From Candidatus Parcubacteria bacterium (GTDB lineage Bacteria; Patescibacteriota; Patescibacteriia; Patescibacteriales; UBA12075), in the NCBI GenBank assembly GCA_963814275.1, contig CAWFCE010000002.1:1195263-1259262 (forward strand): a DNA stretch of 64,000 bases. The letters are read 5' to 3'. Below, piece after piece: positions 42,755 to 51,884 of this stretch; the first letter of the stretch is position 1, and every line of letters begins with the position of its first letter. Position numbers and translations under genes: made by a program. The notes under the pieces are model-generated. The model was given only the letters and a program-made list of their open reading frames with translations. It searched no databases and had not been told where the DNA came from.

Positions 42755-43251
42755 ATTGAACCTCCTTTGTTTGTATAGCCAGATTTTACTTTATAACATA
42801 TTTTATAATATTTGTCTATAGTAAAAACAAAAAAATATTAAAAGGGCTCTAAAATAAGGTATGTTATTTGTTAAATTTCTTTTCACTACACCCAAATTTC
42901 ATTTATCCTTTTATCAATAATTATAATAAGCTATAATAAATAAAACTTCCGATACTCCGATATGTTCAGAGAAATAATAAAAAATCTTTTTTGTCGTATG
43001 CATGTTTAAAAAAATTAAAAGGAAGTGATTTTATTTAAATATCCTTGGAAAGAACAAAGGGATGAACCCAAAAGAATTTATGCGGTATCTGGATGGAATG
43101 AAGCCTAAAATTATTATAACGAGCAGTTTCAACTTTATTCACCTCATTCCGCTCCCTGCTGCGCATGGCCTGCGGGCCACGGTTCACCACGCAACAAACG
43201 GCTTACCAAATTCTTTATCTTTATTCTTAACCATATATAGTAAAATATAAT

Positions 43252-45537
43252 ATGTTTTCAGAATTATTTTCTCCGGCCATTTATTCATACAATCCGGCTG
43301 CCATACCGGTTTTGATCGCCGGTTTCATTAATTTATCAGTCGGGATTTTTGTCTTCTTTAAAAATCGCCGGTCGATAATCAACATTTCCTATTTTTGCTT
43401 TGCCCTGAGCCTGGCCGTCTGGCTAATCGGTTTCAGCATCGCATACAGCATGAACAATCCGGATATTGCGTTCGCCTGGTACCGCCATTTTGCGTTTTCG
43501 GGAATCATATTTCTTGCCCCTACCTATATTTTTTTTACTATTACTTTTGTGGGCGCCATAAACCGGCGAAGGATTTTTGTGGTTTTAAATTTTATTGCCG
43601 GGTTCATGTTTTATATACTTACAAGTGAAACCCTGCTGTTGTCAGATAAAATAATTATTAATGGACTCGGCTACTACCTCCATTATGCCATTGTGGGCAA
43701 AGTGGTTTTTATCCCCTGGTTTTCGTTTTTGATTTTATACGGTTTTTATCTGATATGGAAAAAATCAAAAGAGACCAGGAGCCGGGCGATGAAAAGGCAA
43801 TATCTGATCATATTACTAGCCCTAATGACCGGCTCCCTGGCCATGGTAGACCATCTCGTTGCCTATGGGGTGAGACTTTATCCAATCGGCTATATCTCGG
43901 TGACAATTTTCGCCCTGGTGATAGCGTATATGGTGATCCGCTACAAAATCATGAGCGTAACCACGGCAATCGCGGCCGAAACGATCGTTTCCACAATGCC
44001 TGATCTGCTCATAATCATAAACAAAGACCAGTCGATTTCTTTCGCCAATCAAGCCACGCTAAAAATTCTAGATTACAAAAACGAAGACATCTTTGCTGAA
44101 CCAATCGGCATAATATTCCCGGAATACGATACATTGGTTACCCGATGGTTTTCCCAGAAAACTCAGCCTATTTTAAACTGCAATTCCCTGGTCAAAGCAA
44201 AAAATGGCGAGAATATCCCCGTGGATATGAGTATTGCCGAAATAATCCAAGACAAAGAAGCGGTTGGTTATGTCATCGTGGCGAAAGATATGAGAAAAAT
44301 CAACCGCTTGATCGATAATCTCAAAAACCGGACAACCGAATTAAAGCGCTTGCAGGACAACCTTGAGGAAAAAGTCGCAAGCAGAACCGCAGAATTGATT
44401 TCGGAACGGGACAAAACCAATGCGATAATTTCCAATATGGTTGACCCGATATTGGTAGTCAATAATGATATGAAGCTGGTCCTGGCCAACCAGGCAAGCC
44501 AAAATGTACTAAAACTAAATACTAAGGCCATCGGACAAACGGTCGGTGCCAAAAATAGCGATCTCGCTTTTACCAATTTTAAAGGATTATCATCCATAAA
44601 TTTTAATTCTAAAATACTTAATGCCACTCCTGACGGAAAGGTATGGCTCGAAGAAGTAGTAATCAACGGAAATAAGCCAGGGCTAAAACCGCTTAATCCT
44701 TTCCTGAGCGGCCGGTCTAATTACGATACCGACAATAAAATATATAAAATAATCACCGTGCCGGTAGTGGGTAAGGAAGGCCAAAAATACGGCTACATGA
44801 AAATTTTCTACAATATGACCAGAGAACGATTGTTGGACCAGATGAAATCAGAATTTATCTCGGTCGCCGCCCATCAGCTCCGTACTCCCCTCTCAGCTAT
44901 AAAATGGTCTATTAAAATGGTTCTGGATGGTGATGTCGGGAAAATAACCAAGCAGCAAATTGCCATATTAAACAAAGGATATGTGAGTAATGAGCGGGTC
45001 ATAAAACTTGTCAATCAGATGCTAAATGTATCACGTATTGAAGAGGGCAAATTCGGCTACAGCTACGCAATGAGCGATTTTCTCGACATAATCAGATCTA
45101 ATGTAAATAATATCAAGGATTTGACCGAAAATAAAAATCTTAAAATAAATTTAAAGCTTCCGGATAAACCCATTAATATTAACATGGACAAGGAAAAAAT
45201 TAATATGGCTATTCAGAATTTAATTGACAACGCGATCCTTTACAGCCCGGAAAATAACAAAATTGATATTGAAGTAAGGCAGGAAGACAATAGCCTGGCT
45301 TTTACCATAAAGGATAGCGGCCTTGGCATACCAAAAAATGATCAGGACAAGATAGGAACAAAATTTTTCCGAAGCGACAATGTCCTTCGCGTACAAACCG
45401 ATGGTTCCGGGCTTGGCCTATATATAACCAGGAATATCATTGAAGGACATGGCGGTACCCTGGATTTCGAGAGCACCGAAGGCGTGGGCTCTGTATTTAC
45501 GATCAAGCTCCCATTGGCCGGAGTAACGGGTAAATAA
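43252..45537 (+). CDS. sensor histidine kinase (multi-TM sensor, PAS-like, HisKA, HATPase_c)
   Basis: 761 aa. About 7 N-terminal TM helices; H-box SVAAHQLRTPLSAI; N/G boxes (NLIDNAILYS, DSGLGIP, GSGLGLYI). Confidence 0.88.
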   Translation: MFSELFSPAIYSYNPAAIPVLIAGFINLSVGIFVFFKNRRSIINISYFCFALSLAVWLIGFSIAYSMNNPDIAFAWYRHFAFSGIIFLAPTYIFFTITFVGAINRRRIFVVLNFIAGFMFYILTSETLLLSDKIIINGLGYYLHYAIVGKVVFIPWFSFLILYGFYLIWKKSKETRSRAMKRQYLIILLALMTGSLAMVDHLVAYGVRLYPIGYISVTIFALVIAYMVIRYKIMSVTTAIAAETIVSTMPDLLIIINKDQSISFANQATLKILDYKNEDIFAEPIGIIFPEYDTLVTRWFSQKTQPILNCNSLVKAKNGENIPVDMSIAEIIQDKEAVGYVIVAKDMRKINRLIDNLKNRTTELKRLQDNLEEKVASRTAELISERDKTNAIISNMVDPILVVNNDMKLVLANQASQNVLKLNTKAIGQTVGAKNSDLAFTNFKGLSSINFNSKILNATPDGKVWLEEVVINGNKPGLKPLNPFLSGRSNYDTDNKIYKIITVPVVGKEGQKYGYMKIFYNMTRERLLDQMKSEFISVAAHQLRTPLSAIKWSIKMVLDGDVGKITKQQIAILNKGYVSNERVIKLVNQMLNVSRIEEGKFGYSYAMSDFLDIIRSNVNNIKDLTENKNLKINLKLPDKPININMDKEKINMAIQNLIDNAILYSPENNKIDIEVRQEDNSLAFTIKDSGLGIPKNDQDKIGTKFFRSDNVLRVQTDGSGLGLYITRNIIEGHGGTLDFESTEGVGSVFTIKLPLAGVTGK

Positions 45538-45575
45538 TGTTTTAATCTAAACACCGGAAAATCATTTAATGTTTT

Positions 45576-46097
45576 ATGTATTCACCGTCATTGGCAGAAA
45601 TCGATCGCATTCGCAAGAACGGCTACCGGCCGCAGGTGGTCGGCTGTTTTATGAATAGCCAAAGGATCCTTTTTCTCTATGATAAGAAATACGGGCTCTG
45701 GCAACTGCCCCAAGGCGGCATCGATAACAAAGAAACAGTCGAACAGGCGGTATTGCGTGAAATGTCCGAGGAACTGGGAGAAGAATTTACCGCGCCCGCG
45801 GAAATCAAGGCGCTTCTCGGTGAAGATCAGCTGGAATTTCCCGACCGCTTCAAGAATTCCCGTGAGATGAGAACGGATGATGGCGAAGAGATGAATATGC
45901 GCGGAAAAAAATATTTTTTTGTCGCGATCGATACGGATTTATCCAATCTGGATATCGATAAAACCGAATTCGATGATTATAAATGGCTGGACTACGAAGG
46001 CGCACTCCGACTGACTGCCGCAATCCACCAAAAGGGCAAAAGAATAATCACGGAATCCGCCCTGGCCAAACTGCGCGAATCAGGCCTGCTCTCATAG
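45576..46097 (+). CDS. NUDIX hydrolase (core)
   Basis: 173 aa. Nudix box GGIDNKETVEQAVLREMSEELGEE. Confidence 0.8.
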   Translation: MYSPSLAEIDRIRKNGYRPQVVGCFMNSQRILFLYDKKYGLWQLPQGGIDNKETVEQAVLREMSEELGEEFTAPAEIKALLGEDQLEFPDRFKNSREMRTDDGEEMNMRGKKYFFVAIDTDLSNLDIDKTEFDDYKWLDYEGALRLTAAIHQKGKRIITESALAKLRESGLLS

Positions 46098-46128
46098 CTG
46101 CCGAATTAAACTTATTAACCGCAAAATT

Positions 46129-46353
46129 ATGGAGAAAAAATGGTTCAAAAAATCCGGCTGGCTCTACCTTCCCATTGCCTGGCCGGGCATCCTTATCACC
46201 CTGGTTTTAATCGCTTTCTGTGTCCATATTTTCCTTTTCGTCGACAGCCGTTCCCATTCAGTGAGCGACACCCTTTACGGCATCTTCCCCTTCCTGGCCC
46301 CGGCTTTCCTGCTTTATCTCTGGATTGCCTCGGAAACGGCGGCCCGTAAATAA
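46129..46353 (+). CDS. small membrane protein
   Basis: 74 aa, 2 TM helices. Confidence 0.45.
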   Translation: MEKKWFKKSGWLYLPIAWPGILITLVLIAFCVHIFLFVDSRSHSVSDTLYGIFPFLAPAFLLYLWIASETAARK

Positions 46354-46430
46354 AATAAAAAAACCGGCACAAAATGCCGTTTTTCCCGATTACTCGCCAC
46401 TAAACGTACAGTGGATACTTTTATTGATTT

Positions 46431-47315
46431 TCAGGTTTTCGCCCGGGGCTTGACCCCCGCCTTCTCCCCCCATACCGCCATCGCTTTGCCGATCACCCAT
46501 GCCGATTGCAAAGCTAAATACTGCCAAAACGGATGCCATTTGCGGAAATATTTGATCATCGAGTCGCGCATATAGTTCTGGGTCGTGGAAAGCTTTACTT
46601 GTTTGAAGCTTTGCCCGACCAGATCAGTGCATTCGGCCGCCGGCGTATACCAGACTTCGCCGCCGGCTTTTTTGATCTGCCGGCAATAATCGACCTCCTC
46701 GAACCAGAGAAAATAATTATCGTCGAAAAAAGGCAGCGTACTGTCCAGAAAGTGGTCCAGCTCCCTGACCCGATGCATCGCGATCAGGAAGAACGAACCG
46801 CGGATCGAATCGACCCGGGCGGACCGGGTGTAATCAAAATCGGCAAATAAATAATGGTCTATTATTCTCTTAAAAATATGGGGTAATTTCAATATGATCG
46901 ACAATTGGTTCCACACGGAAGGAAATCGGCGGACCTGGCGGATAGTATTGCCGGCGGGGTCCGTGAGGCGGCACCCGGCTACACTGGCCCGCGGGTTGCG
47001 CATTAGCCAATTCAGCGCTTTGCCAAGCGTATCATCGCGAACGCGCATATCCGGGTTTAAGAGCAGGACATAGTCGCTCTCGATCTGTTTCATGGCGATA
47101 TTATTGGCCTTGGCAAAGCCGAGATTAGCTTCATTGGCGATATAGGATACATCGGGAAATTCTTTCTCCACCATTTCGATCGTCCCGTCTTCGGAATTGT
47201 TGTCGACCACGATTATTTCATATTCAAAATCCACCTTGCTCTTGAGCAAAGCAGCCAGGTTTTCGCGCAATTTATCTTTGACGTTCCAGGAAACGATGAT
47301 GATGGATAATATCAT
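46431..47315 (-). CDS. glycosyltransferase family 2
   Basis: 294 aa. LSIIIVSWN...VVDNNSEDGT...EEVDYCRQ. Confidence 0.82.
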   Translation of the reverse strand: MILSIIIVSWNVKDKLRENLAALLKSKVDFEYEIIVVDNNSEDGTIEMVEKEFPDVSYIANEANLGFAKANNIAMKQIESDYVLLLNPDMRVRDDTLGKALNWLMRNPRASVAGCRLTDPAGNTIRQVRRFPSVWNQLSIILKLPHIFKRIIDHYLFADFDYTRSARVDSIRGSFFLIAMHRVRELDHFLDSTLPFFDDNYFLWFEEVDYCRQIKKAGGEVWYTPAAECTDLVGQSFKQVKLSTTQNYMRDSMIKYFRKWHPFWQYLALQSAWVIGKAMAVWGEKAGVKPRAKT

Positions 47316-47432
47316 ATTGATAGATAACAGATAGCAGACGACAGATAACAGTATTTTATATCGGAAAAATTATAATATACTAAATATAAAGCAAATCCTG
47401 TGGGTTATTAACAATATATTAAAACTATTCTG

Positions 47433-48434
47433 CTATCTGTTATCTGCTATCTCAACTGGACTTATTTTGTTCTTAATCTTCCATAACATCACATACTGCT
47501 TCAATAAAAACTGCTCGAATATCAAGACAAAAATAAACATCTCAAAAGCATACCAAAGAACCGAAATTTTTTTTCCAATTGATAATGTATGCCAAAATTT
47601 TATAAACATCATATGCTGGTTGAAAAATGCCCATTCCTTGGCTTGGCGGTTTTTGTTCCGCCTATTCAGCGCGACTTTGACATCGCTCTCCCCTTTTCCG
47701 AATGTCGTCCGGTCATGATAGATCCTCGCTTCGTTAACTAATTTTGAACCGTAACCCGCCAGTTTCAGCCGATAAGCCAGGTCACAGTCCTCTTTGTACA
47801 TAAACATCATTTCGTCGAAATACTGCCCGTTTCTTTCGATTTTTTTCAGTGATGACGACCGGTACAGCGGCGCGGTGCCGCTTGGCCCCAATATTTCGGC
47901 ATTATTGAATTGCCCGGAATCACGCTGGCCCTGGCCCAGGTCGAAAAAACGCAAACCGGATTTCACGATTATGCCGCAGCTGTCCAATATGGCGGTTTTA
48001 GTATTATTATCGAAATCCCACCGTAATATTTTGGCGCTGGCCGAACCAAGCGCGCTGTCTCCAGCCATTATTTTGACCATCTTTTCGACCGCATCCTTCT
48101 CCAGGATCGTATCCGGATTAAGGAGCATAACGAATTCGGCGCCCCTTTTTATAGCCTCGCCGATTATGATATTATTGGCCCGGGCAAAGCCCAGATTCTG
48201 TCCCATCTGTTTTACCGGAATATCCGGATAGGCTTTTTGCAAGTAGTCGATATTGGGATTATCGATATTTTCGCTATTGTCCACTGCAAAAATCTCAAAG
48301 TCGCGGTAGGACTGGCCCAATAGGGACGGTAAAAAATACGGCAAATATTTTGCCGTCAGTGTATTGTAAGTAATGAAACCAACAACCAAATTAATATTAT
48401 TTTGCATTGATTTAAACTGATTTATACGGATCAC
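47433..48434 (-). CDS. glycosyltransferase family 2
   Basis: 333 aa. A GTG start overlaps the rfbA-like stop (GTGA); an alternative ATG is at 48407. AVDNSEN and KEDCDLAYR motifs. Confidence 0.8.
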   Translation of the reverse strand: MIRINQFKSMQNNINLVVGFITYNTLTAKYLPYFLPSLLGQSYRDFEIFAVDNSENIDNPNIDYLQKAYPDIPVKQMGQNLGFARANNIIIGEAIKRGAEFVMLLNPDTILEKDAVEKMVKIMAGDSALGSASAKILRWDFDNNTKTAILDSCGIIVKSGLRFFDLGQGQRDSGQFNNAEILGPSGTAPLYRSSSLKKIERNGQYFDEMMFMYKEDCDLAYRLKLAGYGSKLVNEARIYHDRTTFGKGESDVKVALNRRNKNRQAKEWAFFNQHMMFIKFWHTLSIGKKISVLWYAFEMFIFVLIFEQFLLKQYVMLWKIKNKISPVEIADNR

Positions 48435-49228
48435 GCTAAGCGTTTTTTCGCCAACGCCTTCAGCTCAGCGTTGAATTCCTGTATTGCTTCATCTATCTTG
48501 GGATCGAATTGTTTGTGGATGCCATTATCCCTGACGAAATTACCCGCATCCAATAGCGTATCGAAAGTCCCGGCATCAAGCCACTTTCCTTTTAACAGAC
48601 GGACATCGAGTTCATTTTTTTTCAAATACCAGTTATGCAATTCGGTAATCTCTATTTCGCCCCGCTCGCTCGGTTTAGCGGCTTTTGCCGCGGACACGAC
48701 CCGTTTGTCATAAATGTACAAGCCGGTAATAGCGTAATTACTTAAAAATTTTTTCGGTTTTTCCTCGATCTTGACCGCCTTCATATCATCATTGAATTTA
48801 ACTACGCCGAAACGTTCCGGATCTTCGACTTCAGCCGCGAAAACCCGGCCGCCGGATTTGAAGCTTTTGATATCATTGCTAAGATCGTCCTCAAATATGT
48901 TGTCTCCCAGAACCATGGTCACATTATCATTGTCTATGAACTTTTCGCCAACAATAAAAGCATCGGCTAATCCGCGCGGAACTTTTTGCACCTTAAATTC
49001 GATCGATATGCCATGATTCCCGAGAATAGAGCCCAAAAGATTCAGATATTGTCCGGAGTGATCAGGCGCCACGATCACTAATATTTCCTTGATTCCGGCC
49101 TTCACCAGGATATTCAACGGATAAAACACCATTTGCCGGTCATAGATCGGCAATAATTGCTTCGATGTGGTAGCGGTCAGCGGAAACAAACGTGTCGCGG
49201 TCCCGCCGGATAATATGATACCTTTCAT
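48431..49228 (-). CDS. rfbA: glucose-1-phosphate thymidylyltransferase-like sugar nucleotidyltransferase
   Basis: 265 aa. MKGIILSGGTATRLFPLT...KQLLPIYD is an RmlA-type N-terminus. Confidence 0.78.
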   Translation of the reverse strand: MKGIILSGGTATRLFPLTATTSKQLLPIYDRQMVFYPLNILVKAGIKEILVIVAPDHSGQYLNLLGSILGNHGISIEFKVQKVPRGLADAFIVGEKFIDNDNVTMVLGDNIFEDDLSNDIKSFKSGGRVFAAEVEDPERFGVVKFNDDMKAVKIEEKPKKFLSNYAITGLYIYDKRVVSAAKAAKPSERGEIEITELHNWYLKKNELDVRLLKGKWLDAGTFDTLLDAGNFVRDNGIHKQFDPKIDEAIQEFNAELKALAKKRLA

Positions 49229-49274
49229 ATTGACAGTTATAAAGTAATAAAGTTCATAAAGTTGAAGGTAAACT

Positions 49275-49628
49275 CTACAGGGTTTTTATCAAACCGGATA
49301 ATAATTTGGATATTTCGATCGTCTTAAAGTAGCAGTCATTGAACTGATTGCCATCTATATATTTCAATTTGAAAGCCAAATATAGCATGGATCTTACCTC
49401 GGCGTATGATCCTTTGGCAATATATAGAAAGTTTTTAAATTCTTTATTGGTATTCCTTTCAAAACCTTCCGCAATATTGTTCATTATTGATACTGAGGCT
49501 CGGCATATTTGGTTCCGGAAAGCATAATCACGGGAATTATCGAAATATTTATAAATCGTTAACGACAACTCTCCGCTTTTTCGCCATGAATAAATATCCT
49601 CAAATCTGTCGATCTTCATAACTTTCAA
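49275..49628 (-). CDS. four-helix-bundle protein (23S rRNA intervening-sequence protein family)
   Basis: 117 aa. SVSIMNNIAEGFERNTNKEFKNFLYIAKGSYAEVRS is the family signature. Bracketed by a 28-bp inverted repeat (49241-68 / 49622-49). Confidence 0.82.
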   Translation of the reverse strand: MKVMKIDRFEDIYSWRKSGELSLTIYKYFDNSRDYAFRNQICRASVSIMNNIAEGFERNTNKEFKNFLYIAKGSYAEVRSMLYLAFKLKYIDGNQFNDCYFKTIEISKLLSGLIKTL

Positions 49629-49642
49629 CTTTATGAACTTTG

Positions 49643-50506
49643 TTACTTTCTACTTAAGTATTCACGCAAGGCATCTTTGTAATTCCGTAATTTATCCGTT
49701 TTCGTGTTGAGCAATACCGAATACTCCGGCCGCTTGGCCGGGCGGGGAAAATGCGATCCGGGCACCGGCCGGAGCCTGACCGGAACGCCGGAAATCTCGA
49801 ATAGGGCCTGGGCCGCCTCATACCAGGTACACGGCCCTTCATTGACCAAATGGTATATCCCGAACGATTTCATATCTTCGACCAGCTTCAGTGTCGCGCC
49901 AGCCAAGTCCAGAGTATAGGTAAAACAGCTGACTTCACTGTCCACCACGTCGATCTCGCCTTTGTCGTGCGCCAATTTCATCATCATATCGAAAAATGCC
50001 GGTTTTGCCCCCTCGCTCTCGCCCTTGGGACCGAATAACTTTGATGTGCGGATCAAATAATACTTAAGGCCCTCTTCGGCGCGTTCCAGAACCGCCCGTT
50101 CGCCCAGGAGCTTGGTAAAGCCATATTTGTTAATCGGCGCCGGTTCGTCAGTTTCCCGGTAGCCTTCCTTCTTCCGGCCGTCAAAGACATAGTCGGAGAC
50201 ATAATGGATGAACAGCGCCTCCAGCTCCAGCGCCAGGTCGGCCAGATTCGCCACTACTTCGCCATTTAGTTGCCGGGCCACCTCTTCGTCCATTTCGCTT
50301 TCTTCGCATTTGTCGACCGCGTTGTAGGCGACCGTATTGATGATAATATCCGGTTCGACCGCCATGATGCTCTTCTTCGCCTGATGGTGGTTCAGCAGGT
50401 CAAGCTCGTCGCGGTCCCAGCCGATCACTTCATAATCGCGCCGGAACACTTTGGCCAGCTGGCTGCCCAGATTGCCGCGGGCACCGAGGATTAATACACG
50501 GAACAT
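49643..50506 (-). CDS. rfbD: dTDP-4-dehydrorhamnose reductase
   Basis: 287 aa. ILGARGNLGS Rossmann motif and overall RmlD-like sequence. Confidence 0.85.
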   Translation of the reverse strand: MFRVLILGARGNLGSQLAKVFRRDYEVIGWDRDELDLLNHHQAKKSIMAVEPDIIINTVAYNAVDKCEESEMDEEVARQLNGEVVANLADLALELEALFIHYVSDYVFDGRKKEGYRETDEPAPINKYGFTKLLGERAVLERAEEGLKYYLIRTSKLFGPKGESEGAKPAFFDMMMKLAHDKGEIDVVDSEVSCFTYTLDLAGATLKLVEDMKSFGIYHLVNEGPCTWYEAAQALFEISGVPVRLRPVPGSHFPRPAKRPEYSVLLNTKTDKLRNYKDALREYLSRK

Positions 50507-50646
50507 AATATATTATTAAATGTTATTAGAAGTTGTAATGCCATATTATCCGAAATTTTATTAATTTCTAAATTATAAATTATAATTTCTAACCCCGCTA
50601 ACTCATTTGGATATTTAAATATATAATTTAGAAATTTAACCACTAA

Positions 50647-51657
50647 CTATCTTTCCTGGTACTGTTTTTTGTAATATTCCAGATATTCCCCGTTTTTTAG
50701 TTTTTGCCACCACGCCTGATTGTTTTTATACCAATTCACGGTCTCTTTCAGGCCGTCCTCGAACTTGACCCCTGGTCGCCACCCCAATTTTTCAATCAAC
50801 TTGTCCGGATTGATGGCATAACCGAAATCGTGGCCAGGCCGGTCTTTTACCCGTTCGATAGAGCTCTCATCCTTTCCGAATTCCCTCAAAAGCATTGCGG
50901 TCAATTCCCTATTATTGAGCCTTTGCCGGGTGCCGATGTTGTAGACTTCGCCGATTTCTCCTTTGTGCAAAACTAGATCAATCGCGCGGCAATGGTCGCT
51001 CGTATAAATCCACTCCCGGAATTGCTTGCCTTCTCCGTACAATGGGACTTTCTTGTTTTCCATCAGATTGGTAATGAAGAGCGGGATTATTTTTTCCGGA
51101 TACTGGTTGGGGCCGTAATAGTTACAGCTATGGGTTACGATTACCGGAGTTTTGTATGTACGGAAATAGGCCATGCACAAATGATCCCCGCCGGCTTTTG
51201 ACGCGCTGTAGGGGCTTGACGGGTCGAAACGCGAATCTTCATCGAATTCTTCATCCATCGTATGGACCATGCCGAAGACTTCGTCAGTCGAGATCTGGAC
51301 GAGTTTTTTGGCCAACCCTTTACGTACCGCCTCAAGAAGCACATATGTTCCGTACACATCGGTTTTCAAAAAAGAATCGGGCTCCATGATCGAGCGGTCT
51401 ACATGGGTTTCAGCGGCATAATTAAGGATCACATCCGCCCCGTTGCCCAGCGCGCGAATTACATCATCCCTAATGGCGATATCACCTTTAACGAACCTGT
51501 ATTTGGTATTGTCCTCAACTTCCTTCAAATTTTCCAAGTTACCGGCATAGGTCAATTTATCCAAATTAACCACCTCGTAATCCGAATATTTTTTCAATAT
51601 GTATTTGATAAAATGCGAGCCCATGAATCCGGCGCCGCCCGTGACAAGTAATTTCAT
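50647..51657 (-). CDS. rfbB: dTDP-glucose 4,6-dehydratase
   Basis: 336 aa. VTGGAGFMGS; YSASKAGGDH catalytic YxxxK. Confidence 0.9.
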   Translation of the reverse strand: MKLLVTGGAGFMGSHFIKYILKKYSDYEVVNLDKLTYAGNLENLKEVEDNTKYRFVKGDIAIRDDVIRALGNGADVILNYAAETHVDRSIMEPDSFLKTDVYGTYVLLEAVRKGLAKKLVQISTDEVFGMVHTMDEEFDEDSRFDPSSPYSASKAGGDHLCMAYFRTYKTPVIVTHSCNYYGPNQYPEKIIPLFITNLMENKKVPLYGEGKQFREWIYTSDHCRAIDLVLHKGEIGEVYNIGTRQRLNNRELTAMLLREFGKDESSIERVKDRPGHDFGYAINPDKLIEKLGWRPGVKFEDGLKETVNWYKNNQAWWQKLKNGEYLEYYKKQYQER

Positions 51658-51884
51658 ACTCCTGAAATTATTATTTTAATTATGTCTATGCGAGTAAGAG
51701 TGAAGGGAACGACGAATCAATATTTGGTAATAATGTCATTGCGAGGAGCCGCAGCGACGAAGCAATCCCGAGGCGCACGCTACTATCATCCCCATAACCG
51801 TCATTCATATCCTTCGTTAAGAATATGTAGTTCAGGATTATCTCGTCCCGAATGCACAGCACTCAGACGGGAAACAAAGAAAAA

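Larger units (their letters stand above)
24920..42970. mobile_element. integron-like platform 1: recombinase, attI-like site and about 26 cassettes
   Basis: ORFs are separated by palindromes bounded by RYYYAAC...GTTRRRY. In 17 of 22 junctions R'' is the exact reverse complement of the upstream R'. The region is AT-rich relative to the flanks. Confidence 0.75.
42088..42970 (+). repeat. terminal, degenerate attC-like site enclosing a reverse-oriented gene
   Basis: R'' GCTGAAC at the left. CACCCAAATTT (42889-99), AAACTTCC and R' GTTCAGA (42964-70) at the right. The L''/L' pairing is poor. Confidence 0.4.

Noticed and set aside
25858-42970. Regularly spaced repeats could suggest a CRISPR array.
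   Set aside because: The repeat units are 80-210 bp imperfect palindromes of several families, the spacers are 0.2-1.3 kb and contain ORFs with RBSs, and no cas genes are present.
43062-43250. ORF 43062-43250 at the distal edge of array 1.
   Set aside because: It has no RBS and overlaps the transition from the last degenerate site to the histidine kinase promoter region. It is more likely non-coding.
51658-51884. A GC-rich motif CATTGCGAGGAGCCGCAGCGACGAAGCAATCC in the rfbB/histidine kinase spacer, and ORF 51682-51924.
   Set aside because: It forms a hairpin (GATTGCTTCG...GCGAGGAG is only partly complementary). I cannot link it to any RNA family or repeat elsewhere in the window, and the ORF has no RBS and an implausible composition.
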